Shown here piece by piece: positions 33,089 to 40,516 of a DNA stretch of 40,516 bases. A program made the position numbers and the translations under genes. This stretch comes from Minisyncoccota bacterium (GTDB taxonomy: Bacteria; Patescibacteriota; Minisyncoccia; Phycocordibacterales; SBAW01), in NCBI GenBank assembly GCA_035546615.1, contig DASZWM010000001.1:1-40516 (forward strand), written 5' to 3'. Every line of letters begins with the position of its first letter. Positions within the stretch are counted from its first letter, which is position 1. The notes beneath the pieces were generated by a model. That model did not search any database and was not told the origin of the DNA. It worked only from the letters and a program-made list of their open reading frames with translations.

Positions 33089-34768
33089 ATGAAATCCTAC
33101 CGATTGCGCGAGCGGGCGCACGATGAGCTGCTCCCGGACCTCATGCTCGCCCGCGGCGTCGTCGGCGATGAGGCGCAGAAGCAGTTCCTCGCGCCCGACT
33201 TCGAGCGCGACTCCGGCGATCCCTTTCTGCTGCCTGACATGGATAAGGCGGTCGACCGCATTCTGTCCGCGGTGAAGAATGCCGAGGCGGTGTGCGTGTG
33301 GAGCGACTACGACTGCGACGGGATTCCCGGCGGCGTCATGCTCACGGAGTTTTTGCGCTCCATCGGTTTGACCGTTCGCCACTATATTCCGCATCGCCAC
33401 ACCGAAGGGTACGGATTGAACGAAGAGGGAATAGAAGAGCTCGTACAGCAGGGCATCAAGCTCATCATCACCATTGATCTCGGCACGACCGAGATAGAAC
33501 AGATCGCGTACGCCAATTCCAAAGGCGTCGACGTCATCGTCACCGATCACCACATCGTGCAGGACGATCTTCCGGATGCGTTCGCTCTGCTCAATCCGAA
33601 GCGTCCCGACAGCGCGTACCCGTTCGACGGATTGTGCGGCGCGGGCGTTGCGTGGAAGTTGGTGCAAGCAACGCTCGCGCGTTTGCGCGCGAGCGACAAT
33701 CAAATAGACTGGCGCGGTTTTCCGGAAGGCCAGGAGAAATGGCTGCTTGACCTGGTCGGCATCGCCACGCTTTCCGACATGGTGCCGCTCGTCGGCGAGA
33801 ATCGCATGCTCGCGCATTTCGGTTTGCGCGTTCTTCGCCGCGACCGGCGCCCCGGCCTTTCCGCGCTTTTGAAATTGCTGCGCATCAAGCCGTCCACGCT
33901 TACGGAAGACGATATCGGATTCATGGTGTCTCCGCGCATCAACGCCGCCTCAAGGATGGACAAGCCCGACACCGCGGCGCGCCTGCTTGCTACGTCCAAT
34001 GCCGTGGAAGCATCCGACATCGCCTTCGAGCTCAACCGCATCAACGACGAGCGCAAGGGAGTGGTTGCCGCGATAGTGAAGGAGGCGAACAAGCGCATGG
34101 AGGATATGCCTGCCGACGGTCCCGTCATCGTCATGGGAAATCCGAAGTGGCGCCCCGGCGTGCTCGGTCTCGTCGCAAACAGCTTGATGGAAGCGCAGGG
34201 GAAGCCCGCGTTCTTGTGGGGCCGGGAAGGCGGAGAAACAATAAAGGGCTCGTGCCGCTCCGACGGTTCCGTCAGCGTCGTCGATCTCATGGCTGCGGCC
34301 GGAGACGTGTTCCTCGGGTTCGGCGGACATACCGCCTCCGGCGGATTCTCGGTCGATGCCGGGCGCGTGCACGAGCTCTTGCCGCGGCTGACGTCTGCGT
34401 ATGAAATGCTGCGCGCGAAAGCGTCTGTCGCGCAAGATGTTGTTATAGACCGGCAGGCTGACCTGTCTGAGATCTCCCACGCCCACCGCGACTTGGTAAA
34501 GCTTGCCCCGTTCGGTATCGGCAATAGCAAGCCCCTGTTCATGTTCCCCGACGTCTCAATCGGCAACACGAAGATGTTCGGCAAGACCAATAATCATCTG
34601 GATATGAGCCTGGAGAAAGGCGGCAGCCGTATCTCCGGCATCGCGTTCTTCTCCGGCCACGATTCGTTCACGAAGAAGGTGGAGAAGGGCGCCCGCGCCG
34701 ACATCGTGGGCCACATAGAGAGCGACTGGAGGGGGCAGTCGCGCATCCGGGTTGTTGATATACTCTAA
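33089..34768 (+). CDS. recJ: Single-stranded-DNA-specific exonuclease RecJ (DHH + DHHA1); start at MKSYRLRE
   Basis: DHH motifs (DYDCDG, ITDHH), DHHA1 GGGH region; the longer upstream in-frame extension is not coding. Confidence 0.9.
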   Translation: MKSYRLRERAHDELLPDLMLARGVVGDEAQKQFLAPDFERDSGDPFLLPDMDKAVDRILSAVKNAEAVCVWSDYDCDGIPGGVMLTEFLRSIGLTVRHYIPHRHTEGYGLNEEGIEELVQQGIKLIITIDLGTTEIEQIAYANSKGVDVIVTDHHIVQDDLPDAFALLNPKRPDSAYPFDGLCGAGVAWKLVQATLARLRASDNQIDWRGFPEGQEKWLLDLVGIATLSDMVPLVGENRMLAHFGLRVLRRDRRPGLSALLKLLRIKPSTLTEDDIGFMVSPRINAASRMDKPDTAARLLATSNAVEASDIAFELNRINDERKGVVAAIVKEANKRMEDMPADGPVIVMGNPKWRPGVLGLVANSLMEAQGKPAFLWGREGGETIKGSCRSDGSVSVVDLMAAAGDVFLGFGGHTASGGFSVDAGRVHELLPRLTSAYEMLRAKASVAQDVVIDRQADLSEISHAHRDLVKLAPFGIGNSKPLFMFPDVSIGNTKMFGKTNNHLDMSLEKGGSRISGIAFFSGHDSFTKKVEKGARADIVGHIESDWRGQSRIRVVDIL

Positions 34769-34782
34769 ATACACAAAGTTTC

Positions 34783-35208
34783 ATGGAGCGCATCATTATG
34801 CATACCGATGGAGGTTCGAGAGGCAACCCGGGGCCAGCGGGCATTGGCGTTGTGGTTAAGCGGGAAAACGGGGAAGTTGTGTATGAGGTTTCACGGTACA
34901 TCGGGGAGACGACCAATAACATCGCCGAGTACGAAGCACTCATCGCCGGCCTTGAAGAAGCCAAGAAAAAGTTCGGCAGCACCCTCCGGGAGATGACTAT
35001 AGATGTCCGTATGGATTCAGAACTGGTGGTGCGCCAGCTCACCGGAGTCTACAAGGTAAAGGATCCGGGCATGAAGGAGCGGTTTGCGCGCGTGGCGAAG
35101 ATACGCATGGAAGACGCGCCCAATATGACCTTCACTCATGTCTACCGCGAGGAAAATTCCCATGCTGACGAACTCGTGAATAAGGCGATAGATGCGGCGG
35201 TGAGATAA
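34783..35208 (+). CDS. rnhA: Ribonuclease HI
   Basis: TDGGSRGNPGPAG, NNIAEYEALIAGL, DSELVVRQ, HAD catalytic contexts. Confidence 0.85.
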   Translation: MERIIMHTDGGSRGNPGPAGIGVVVKRENGEVVYEVSRYIGETTNNIAEYEALIAGLEEAKKKFGSTLREMTIDVRMDSELVVRQLTGVYKVKDPGMKERFARVAKIRMEDAPNMTFTHVYREENSHADELVNKAIDAAVR

Positions 35209-35210
35209 GT

Positions 35211-35741
35211 ATGAAAATCATAATCGGATCGGAAAGCAAAAGAAAGATAGAAGTTGCTGAACGCACCCTTAGGCAATTCTTTAAGGATGAGCTAGAAGTA
35301 CTGGGATACAAGGCTCTTTCAGGCGTTCCAGAGACCCCATACGATAAAGAGACATTTGATGGAGCCAGAAACAGAGCACTTGACGCGAAGGTTCATGCAC
35401 CGGACGCTGAACTATACGTCGGTATGGAAAGCGGCCTTATTGAACGCTACGGACATATATTTGAAGAAGCATGGAGCGTTATTCTCGCGGGCGGCAAAGA
35501 GTACTTTGGATACTCCAGCGGTCTGAAAGTCCCCGATTTTATATTGGCGAAAATGAACGCGCTCAAAATGCCGCACTCGGAAGTTATGGGGATGCTTGAA
35601 AAAGAATATGACCTGCCTCCAAGCGACACATGGAAGACCTATTCCGGAGGGACGATTTTAAGGGAAATAAGTTTAGAAGAATCGCTGCGCAATGCGCTTA
35701 TACAAGTTACGGCGCCAGAAAAAAGCTTCTATAGAAAATAG
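35211..35741 (+). CDS. Non-canonical purine NTP phosphatase, YjjX/DUF84 family (inosine/xanthosine triphosphatase-like)
   Basis: SGVPETP...GARNRA core resembles YjjX; visibly lower GC than the flanking genes. Confidence 0.6.
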   Translation: MKIIIGSESKRKIEVAERTLRQFFKDELEVLGYKALSGVPETPYDKETFDGARNRALDAKVHAPDAELYVGMESGLIERYGHIFEEAWSVILAGGKEYFGYSSGLKVPDFILAKMNALKMPHSEVMGMLEKEYDLPPSDTWKTYSGGTILREISLEESLRNALIQVTAPEKSFYRK

Positions 35742-35744
35742 TCT

Positions 35745-35773
35745 TTGACACTATAAAAAAATAAAAGTAGTCT
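35745..35773 (+). promoter_or_regulatory. Sigma70-like promoter candidate (TTGACA-N17-TAGTCT) upstream of comEC
   Basis: Perfect -35 hexamer seen directly; GTG start at 35781. Confidence 0.3.
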
Positions 35774-35780
35774 GCCCTGC

Positions 35781-37136
35781 GTGGCAAATCGTTTCATATT
35801 GGGTCTGCTTATTTTGGCCTATGTTGGCGCGCTTATCGTGCGGACAGATTTTCTTTTACGAAGCGAGGCAGGGGAGACGCTTAAGAATTACGTCGGCACT
35901 TCTGCGACTGTTGAAGGGAGGGTCGTGAACGACCCAGAACATCGCGACACGTCGCTCCACGTCAACGTCGAAGTTTCTAAAATAAATGATGAAGCTGCAA
36001 GCGGCGTATTGCTTGCGATACTGCCGCGAGAAGCGCAACTTCAGTACGGAGACAGAGTCGCGCTTAAAGGAAAAGTAACCGCGCCGGAATCTTTTGAAAC
36101 TGATACCGGGAGAATATTTGATTACGCCGGCTACCTGCGCGTGCAGGGAGTATCGGCGATGCTTAAATACGGAACGATTGAAGAAATAAATCCCGGCGGA
36201 TGGTCGCTCCAAAAAACGCTGTTCGATATCAAGCACGGGTTCGAACACTCGCTTGAGCGAATGCTGCCGGAGCCGGACAACTCGCTGCTCGAAGGGGTAC
36301 TCCTCGGCGAGCGGCGCGGATTGCCCGACAGCCTCAACCATGCGTTTATCGTCTCAAGCCTGGTGCATGTTGTCGTGCTCTCCGGCTACAACATTTCTAT
36401 CGTCGCCAATGCGATGCTGTACGCGACCAGCATTTTGCCTCGCACGCTTAGCTACGGGCTCGGCGGCGTGCTGATGGTCCTCTTCGCTATCATGACGGGC
36501 GCCGGCGCCACGACGGTACGCGCGTGCGCCATGGGTATCATCGCGATAGTGGCGCAGTATATGCGCCGCAGGGCCGTAGCTATGCGCAGCCTCATTGCGG
36601 CGGCGGGCGCCATGGCGTTGTGGAATCCGCTCATTATCCTGCACGACACTTCCTTCATATTGAGCGTGCTGGCGACCTTCGGGCTCATTACGCTGTCGCC
36701 GTGGGTGGAAACATACCTCTCTTGGATGCCGCGGTGGAAATATCTGGACGTACGCGCCATAGCCGCCTCTACCATTGCGGTGCAGATATACATATTGCCC
36801 GCGCTGCTGTACTTCATGGGCATACTTTCGTTCGTAGCGCTTCCGGCCAATATGCTGGCGCTCCCGGTCGTGCCGTTCGCGATGCTCTTAGGTTTTTTTG
36901 CAGGGGTTGTGGGGCTGATCCAGCCGGTTCTTGGGCTGCCGCTGGCATTCCTCGCGGATATTCTGTTGCGCTGGATGATGTTGGTGGCAAACACCGCCGC
37001 ATCCCTGCCGTTTTCTTCAGCCACCATAGCCGCGTTCCCTGCATGGGTCGCAGTTGCGGTCTATATTCCCCTGACGGGCTTCGCTATCTGGCTATATCGA
37101 AACGCTTCTCGAGAACAGACCAGTTCAAGTTCTTAA
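35781..37136 (+). CDS. comEC: ComEC/Rec2 DNA-uptake channel: DUF4131 OB-fold plus Competence domain, lacking the C-terminal metallo-beta-lactamase domain
   Basis: N-terminal OB-like region, then a polytopic TM region with LLGERRGLPD...FIVSSLVHVVVLSGYNIS typical of the Competence domain. Confidence 0.8.
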   Translation: MANRFILGLLILAYVGALIVRTDFLLRSEAGETLKNYVGTSATVEGRVVNDPEHRDTSLHVNVEVSKINDEAASGVLLAILPREAQLQYGDRVALKGKVTAPESFETDTGRIFDYAGYLRVQGVSAMLKYGTIEEINPGGWSLQKTLFDIKHGFEHSLERMLPEPDNSLLEGVLLGERRGLPDSLNHAFIVSSLVHVVVLSGYNISIVANAMLYATSILPRTLSYGLGGVLMVLFAIMTGAGATTVRACAMGIIAIVAQYMRRRAVAMRSLIAAAGAMALWNPLIILHDTSFILSVLATFGLITLSPWVETYLSWMPRWKYLDVRAIAASTIAVQIYILPALLYFMGILSFVALPANMLALPVVPFAMLLGFFAGVVGLIQPVLGLPLAFLADILLRWMMLVANTAASLPFSSATIAAFPAWVAVAVYIPLTGFAIWLYRNASREQTSSSS

Positions 37137-37674
37137 GGAATGCCTCGACGTACTTAGCTTTTCCGGTAGCGCCATAATCCAAAAGGAATGCATGTTCCCA
37201 CACATCCAATGCCAGGATGACGGGGAGCGTTACAAAATGCCCTTGGTGCTGTTCGCCTGAGAAACCGGTTATGAATTGCTTGCCCTGCGGGTCCCAATAG
37301 AGCATGGCCCAGCCCGGGCCGCGCATCATGGCTATCATCTTGAACATCTCGAGGAAGTATTCCGGTTTGTGGTATTCGGCCTCCAATTGCTTGGCCAGAG
37401 GGCTGTCGGGGGAGAGGGGAGCTCCTCCTCCTTCGAATTGCGAGAAATACAGCTCGTGGAGGCGCATGCCGTCCCATTCGAACGAGCGGCGGCGGATAAG
37501 CTCCGCAAGCGCGTGATTATTCTTCTCGGCTTCTTTCGCGTATTCCGGCAAAAGTGCCGACATCGCGTTGAAATTCTTGACGTACCCGGCGTAAAGTACC
37601 AAATGCTGCTCTATGGACTCCTTAGAAATGCCTTCCAGTGCCGGCAGATCAAACTTTTTTTCTTGGTATTGCAT
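37084..37674 (-). CDS. sodA: Fe/Mn-family superoxide dismutase
   Basis: DVWEHAF..DY C-terminal metal-ligand motif and overall Fe/Mn SOD layout; 3' end overlaps the comEC 3' end by 53 nt (convergent). Confidence 0.85.
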   Translation of the reverse strand: MQYQEKKFDLPALEGISKESIEQHLVLYAGYVKNFNAMSALLPEYAKEAEKNNHALAELIRRRSFEWDGMRLHELYFSQFEGGGAPLSPDSPLAKQLEAEYHKPEYFLEMFKMIAMMRGPGWAMLYWDPQGKQFITGFSGEQHQGHFVTLPVILALDVWEHAFLLDYGATGKAKYVEAFLKNLNWSVLEKRFDIAR

Positions 37675-37832
37675 CTACTCAGTAAAACACCATCCGGGTG
37701 AAGCCCTAATAAAGATATCCCCAGCAAGGCTTGCTAAAAAACGCCCTTGTAGCATAGTTATGGCGGTTACGGTGTACTGCCGCTCTGGCAGATCAAAAGT
37801 CGAGAATTCACCGCGCATCCAGGAGGCACCCT

Positions 37833-38312
37833 ATGCGCTATCTATTAGCCGCAGTCGGAGCCTGTGTGGCCTTGGCTGCTGTATCATCAGCGAATGCATT
37901 CGACGGGCTTTATCCGAAGATCGTGTCTGTGCCGCAGGATGATGCGGGTTATGGCGGAGAAACAACAATATCGCCATTACCCGATCCTCCTCTAGCGGAC
38001 GAAGATAACGTCAACGGGACTGATGATGTCGACCTTGTTGTTGAAGGCAAGGGTGACATCATCTTCTGTACCGCCGAGGACTACTACTGCTACGCCAGCT
38101 CTTCCTGGAAAGAGGCTCGAGAAAAGGCCCTTCCTCTCGTTGAGGCGGGAATCTTTTTTCCACTTCCCGGAGCTCGCGTGCTGGAGGAGACCGAGGTTGT
38201 CTGGCTGTTCGATTCCGACGTTCTGATCGAGCGGGCTTCCCGTTTCAGTCATGAACCGCCGTATGACCGGCCGTCGGTCGGCCGAGAGCCGATCGTCGCA
38301 TCGGCACCATGA
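37833..38312 (+). CDS. Secreted hypothetical protein, 159 aa, translationally coupled (ATGA) to the downstream MBL gene
   Basis: CAGGAGG SD; Sec signal peptide MRYLLAAVGACVALAAVSSANA; acidic mature part. Confidence 0.5.
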   Translation: MRYLLAAVGACVALAAVSSANAFDGLYPKIVSVPQDDAGYGGETTISPLPDPPLADEDNVNGTDDVDLVVEGKGDIIFCTAEDYYCYASSSWKEAREKALPLVEAGIFFPLPGARVLEETEVVWLFDSDVLIERASRFSHEPPYDRPSVGREPIVASAP

Positions 38313-39250
38313 AGGAAGTCGTGAGCCCGGACGACCATATGTCGCCCGGGTTCCTGCTTTTTATGTATACTTTCCGCATGCGGTTTTTGCGGCAGTATTT
38401 TTCATACATCGTGTTCGTGGCGCTTGTCCTTGCCTCCATCGGCATCTGGAGCGCGGTATTCGCCGCAACGCCCAGCGGCGTCCTTACGTTCGCGGTACTC
38501 GATATCGGGCAAGGAGACTCCTTATATATAGAGTCTCCTGTGGGTACGCAGATACTCATTGACGGGGGGCCTGACGGATCGGTTTTGCACGAGCTGCCGA
38601 AAGTGATGAGCTTTTCAGACCGCTCCATTGATGCGGTCATCGCGACGCATCCGGACGCGGACCATATCGCAGGGCTGGTCGATGTGCTCAAGCGCTACAG
38701 CGTCGGTGATTTTCTCGAGCCGGGCATCGCCAAGAGCACGGTTACCGCGCAGGCGCTTGAAGACGGCGTGGACGCAGCAGATATTCCGCGCATCAAAGCT
38801 ATGCGCGGCATGTGGCTGGACCTCGGCGGGGGAGCGCGCCTCGACATTTTGTCGCCGGACTTTGACGTTTCGACCCTTAAGCCCGACGAGGCAAACGAAG
38901 GCTGTGTTGTTTCAAGGCTCACCTACGGCGCCACATCCGTTCTGCTCATGTGCGACGCGCCGATGGACGTGGAAGGTCACTTGATGGGTATCGAACCCGT
39001 TGCCGATCTGAAGAGCAACATTTTAAAAGTAGGCCATCACGGCTCCGCAGGCTCGACGGGGGACGCGTTCGTTTCTGAAGTGGATCCGTCCGTGGCGGTT
39101 ATCTCGGTAGGGGCCGGGAACCGGTACGGTCATCCTACCCGGCAAACGCTCGATACGCTTGCAGGCCACAATATAAAAACCCTCCGGACCGACGAGGAGG
39201 GGACTATCGAGTTTATATCGAACGGGGAGACCTTCGAGCGGATTAGATAA
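38309..39250 (+). CDS. Stand-alone membrane-anchored metallo-beta-lactamase domain of ComEC type (the ComEC C-terminal domain as a separate gene)
   Basis: TM helix, then VLDIGQGDSLYI, HPDADH and VGHHGS motifs typical of the ComEC MBL domain. Confidence 0.7.
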   Translation: MKEVVSPDDHMSPGFLLFMYTFRMRFLRQYFSYIVFVALVLASIGIWSAVFAATPSGVLTFAVLDIGQGDSLYIESPVGTQILIDGGPDGSVLHELPKVMSFSDRSIDAVIATHPDADHIAGLVDVLKRYSVGDFLEPGIAKSTVTAQALEDGVDAADIPRIKAMRGMWLDLGGGARLDILSPDFDVSTLKPDEANEGCVVSRLTYGATSVLLMCDAPMDVEGHLMGIEPVADLKSNILKVGHHGSAGSTGDAFVSEVDPSVAVISVGAGNRYGHPTRQTLDTLAGHNIKTLRTDEEGTIEFISNGETFERIR

Positions 39251-39485
39251 GGCCTGCTGCCTTCAAAGTCTTGTAGGCGCCGTTCTTGGTGACAGTGCGC
39301 ATGCCCTTGGTGGAAAGCGTTACGGTGACGGTGCGGTTAAGCTCCGGCACGAAGATGCGCTTCTTCTGCATGTTCGGCTGCTTGCGGACCATGCCGGTCG
39401 GGTTGAACTTGGTGGCGCGCACGCGGTTAGAATAGCCGCCTGCGACTTTGGAGCCCTTTTTTGCTACCGGACAATACTTTGCCAT
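39243..39485 (-). CDS. rpmB: 50S ribosomal protein L28
   Basis: MAKYCPVAKKG...VTVTLSTKGMRTV pattern of L28. Confidence 0.8.
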   Translation of the reverse strand: MAKYCPVAKKGSKVAGGYSNRVRATKFNPTGMVRKQPNMQKKRIFVPELNRTVTVTLSTKGMRTVTKNGAYKTLKAAGLI

Positions 39486-39525
39486 AAATTTCGTTGTTCA
39501 GGCATGATATCATGACTTTACAGAC

Positions 39526-40164
39526 ATGCCAACTGACCTTATTTTCAGCGTCCTTATCCTCATAGTGTCGGTCATCCTCCACGAGGTGGCCCACGGATAT
39601 ATGGCCAATTGGCTGGGCGATCCGACGGCGCGGCTCCAGGGGAGGCTCACCCTCAACCCCATATCCCATATCGACCCGATAGGGACGATCATCCTGCCGG
39701 CCATCCTGGTATTTACGCACTCTCCTATATTGATCGGCTACGCCAAGCCGGTGCCGTACAACCCGTATAACCTGAAAGGGAAGTATGACGAGGGGCTGGT
39801 GGCGTTCGCCGGCCCGGGCACCAACATCCTTTTGGCGCTCATTTTCGGCCTCACGATACGGTTCTTCGGGGGAGCATTGGACCAGGAGCTCCTCCAGGCA
39901 TTCGCGCTCATCACGTACATCAACATGCTGCTGGCGCTCTTCAATCTCATTCCCATCCCGCCCCTGGACGGCTCCAAAGTGCTCTCGAGCATACTGCCGG
40001 GGGAATTGGGCCGATGGTACGATTCGTTCCGTGCGAACTTCGAGCGCCTGGGCACGCTCTCGGGCACGCTCCTACTTCTTTTTATCTTCTACTACTTTCT
40101 CTCGCCGTTTTTCGGAGCGGCGCTTCAGAATCTGTTCGCGCTTTTGACCGGGGTTTCCATATAA
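39526..40164 (+). CDS. Site-2 protease (M50-like) family membrane metalloprotease
   Basis: HEVAHG (HExxH) within a TM helix and a downstream NLIPIPPLDGS motif. Confidence 0.7.
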   Translation: MPTDLIFSVLILIVSVILHEVAHGYMANWLGDPTARLQGRLTLNPISHIDPIGTIILPAILVFTHSPILIGYAKPVPYNPYNLKGKYDEGLVAFAGPGTNILLALIFGLTIRFFGGALDQELLQAFALITYINMLLALFNLIPIPPLDGSKVLSSILPGELGRWYDSFRANFERLGTLSGTLLLLFIFYYFLSPFFGAALQNLFALLTGVSI

Positions 40165-40219
40165 GGTGTGGACAGGGGAGGCCGTGGCCGTACTTAAACA
40201 CATATAGAATAGGGGTACA

Positions 40220-40516
40220 GTGGAAAATCTTATAGCGACGGCCCGCCAAAACATCGGCGCCATAGCCAAGCTTTCGGGCGGCGCGGCTTTCCTTGTGGCC
40301 GTAGCGCTTGTTGCGGGCGGTACGAATCTCAAGCACGGCGGGCTTGGCGCCGCAACAATGACATTTGGGGCCTCAACGCTTACCATCACTGCGGCGAGCA
40401 ATACGGTGCAATTGGGAAACCAGACCACGATTTCGTGGAATGCGAGCGTGCCTCTCACTTGTTTTGGAAATGTCTCTACCGGATGCGGCAAGACAAGCTC
40501 TTTTATGGCAAACATA
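40220..40516 (+). CDS. Partial ORF (GTG start, runs off the window end): probable secreted/anchored protein
   Basis: Open plus-strand frame with a hydrophobic N-terminal segment; preferred over the overlapping minus-strand ORF 40072..40515, whose composition looks antisense. Confidence 0.25.
   Translation, partial: MENLIATARQNIGAIAKLSGGAAFLVAVALVAGGTNLKHGGLGAATMTFGASTLTITAASNTVQLGNQTTISWNASVPLTCFGNVSTGCGKTSSFMANI

Noticed and set aside
40072-40515. 147-aa minus-strand ORF at the right edge
   Set aside because: Overlaps the 3' end of the site-2 protease gene and has antisense-like P/A/S-rich composition; the plus-strand partial ORF is more plausible

Overview
This is a 40.5 kb high-GC bacterial chromosomal window (about 60% GC by eye) with genes packed tightly on both strands and many short, single-domain proteins. 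Shortened PGK and trigger factor, a split ComEC and numerous small secreted proteins are compatible with a reduced-genome lineage such as CPR/Patescibacteria, but that is inference only. Positions 1-22 are an NheI/NotI/NotI linker, so the left edge looks artificial. Most of the window is housekeeping: comM, a dksA-like gene, pnp, rpsO, a xerC/D-type recombinase, xth, cca, four tRNAs (Arg-TCG, Gly-GCC, Pro-TGG, Gly-TCC), yraN, a class I rRNA methyltransferase, a trypsin-like protease, hup, rny, clpP, tig, ppaC, nusA, an EEP nuclease, a PilB/GspE-like ATPase, tpiA, pgk, a HIT protein, recJ, rnhA, a yjjX-like NTPase, comEC, sodA, rpmB and a site-2 protease. I saw no CRISPR array, transposase, reverse transcriptase or prophage genes. 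The regions that look accessory or unusual are: (1) a three-gene module of secreted and membrane-anchored repeat proteins at 30226-32697, containing a WSSN(I/V)GW tandem-repeat protein with a thrombospondin-type-3-like calcium motif and a Gly_rich-like polyglycine protein; (2) ComEC split into a channel gene and a separate metallo-beta-lactamase gene, with sodA and a secreted ORF in between; (3) a PilB/GspE-like ATPase whose Walker B glutamate and His box appear substituted; (4) a secreted cell-wall pair made of a SleB-like hydrolase and a peptidoglycan-binding protein with a roughly 250-aa poly-aspartate tail; (5) the conserved rpsO-pnp linkage interrupted by a NYN nuclease gene and an orphan ORF; (6) a tRNA-flanked, AT-rich yraN islet with an 18-bp perfect palindrome and a partial tRNA-Pro duplication; and (7) a cluster of four perfect hairpins plus an inverted tRNA-3'-end-like fragment next to tRNA-Gly(TCC). 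Every functional call comes from motif recognition by eye in the supplied translations; no database searches were run.
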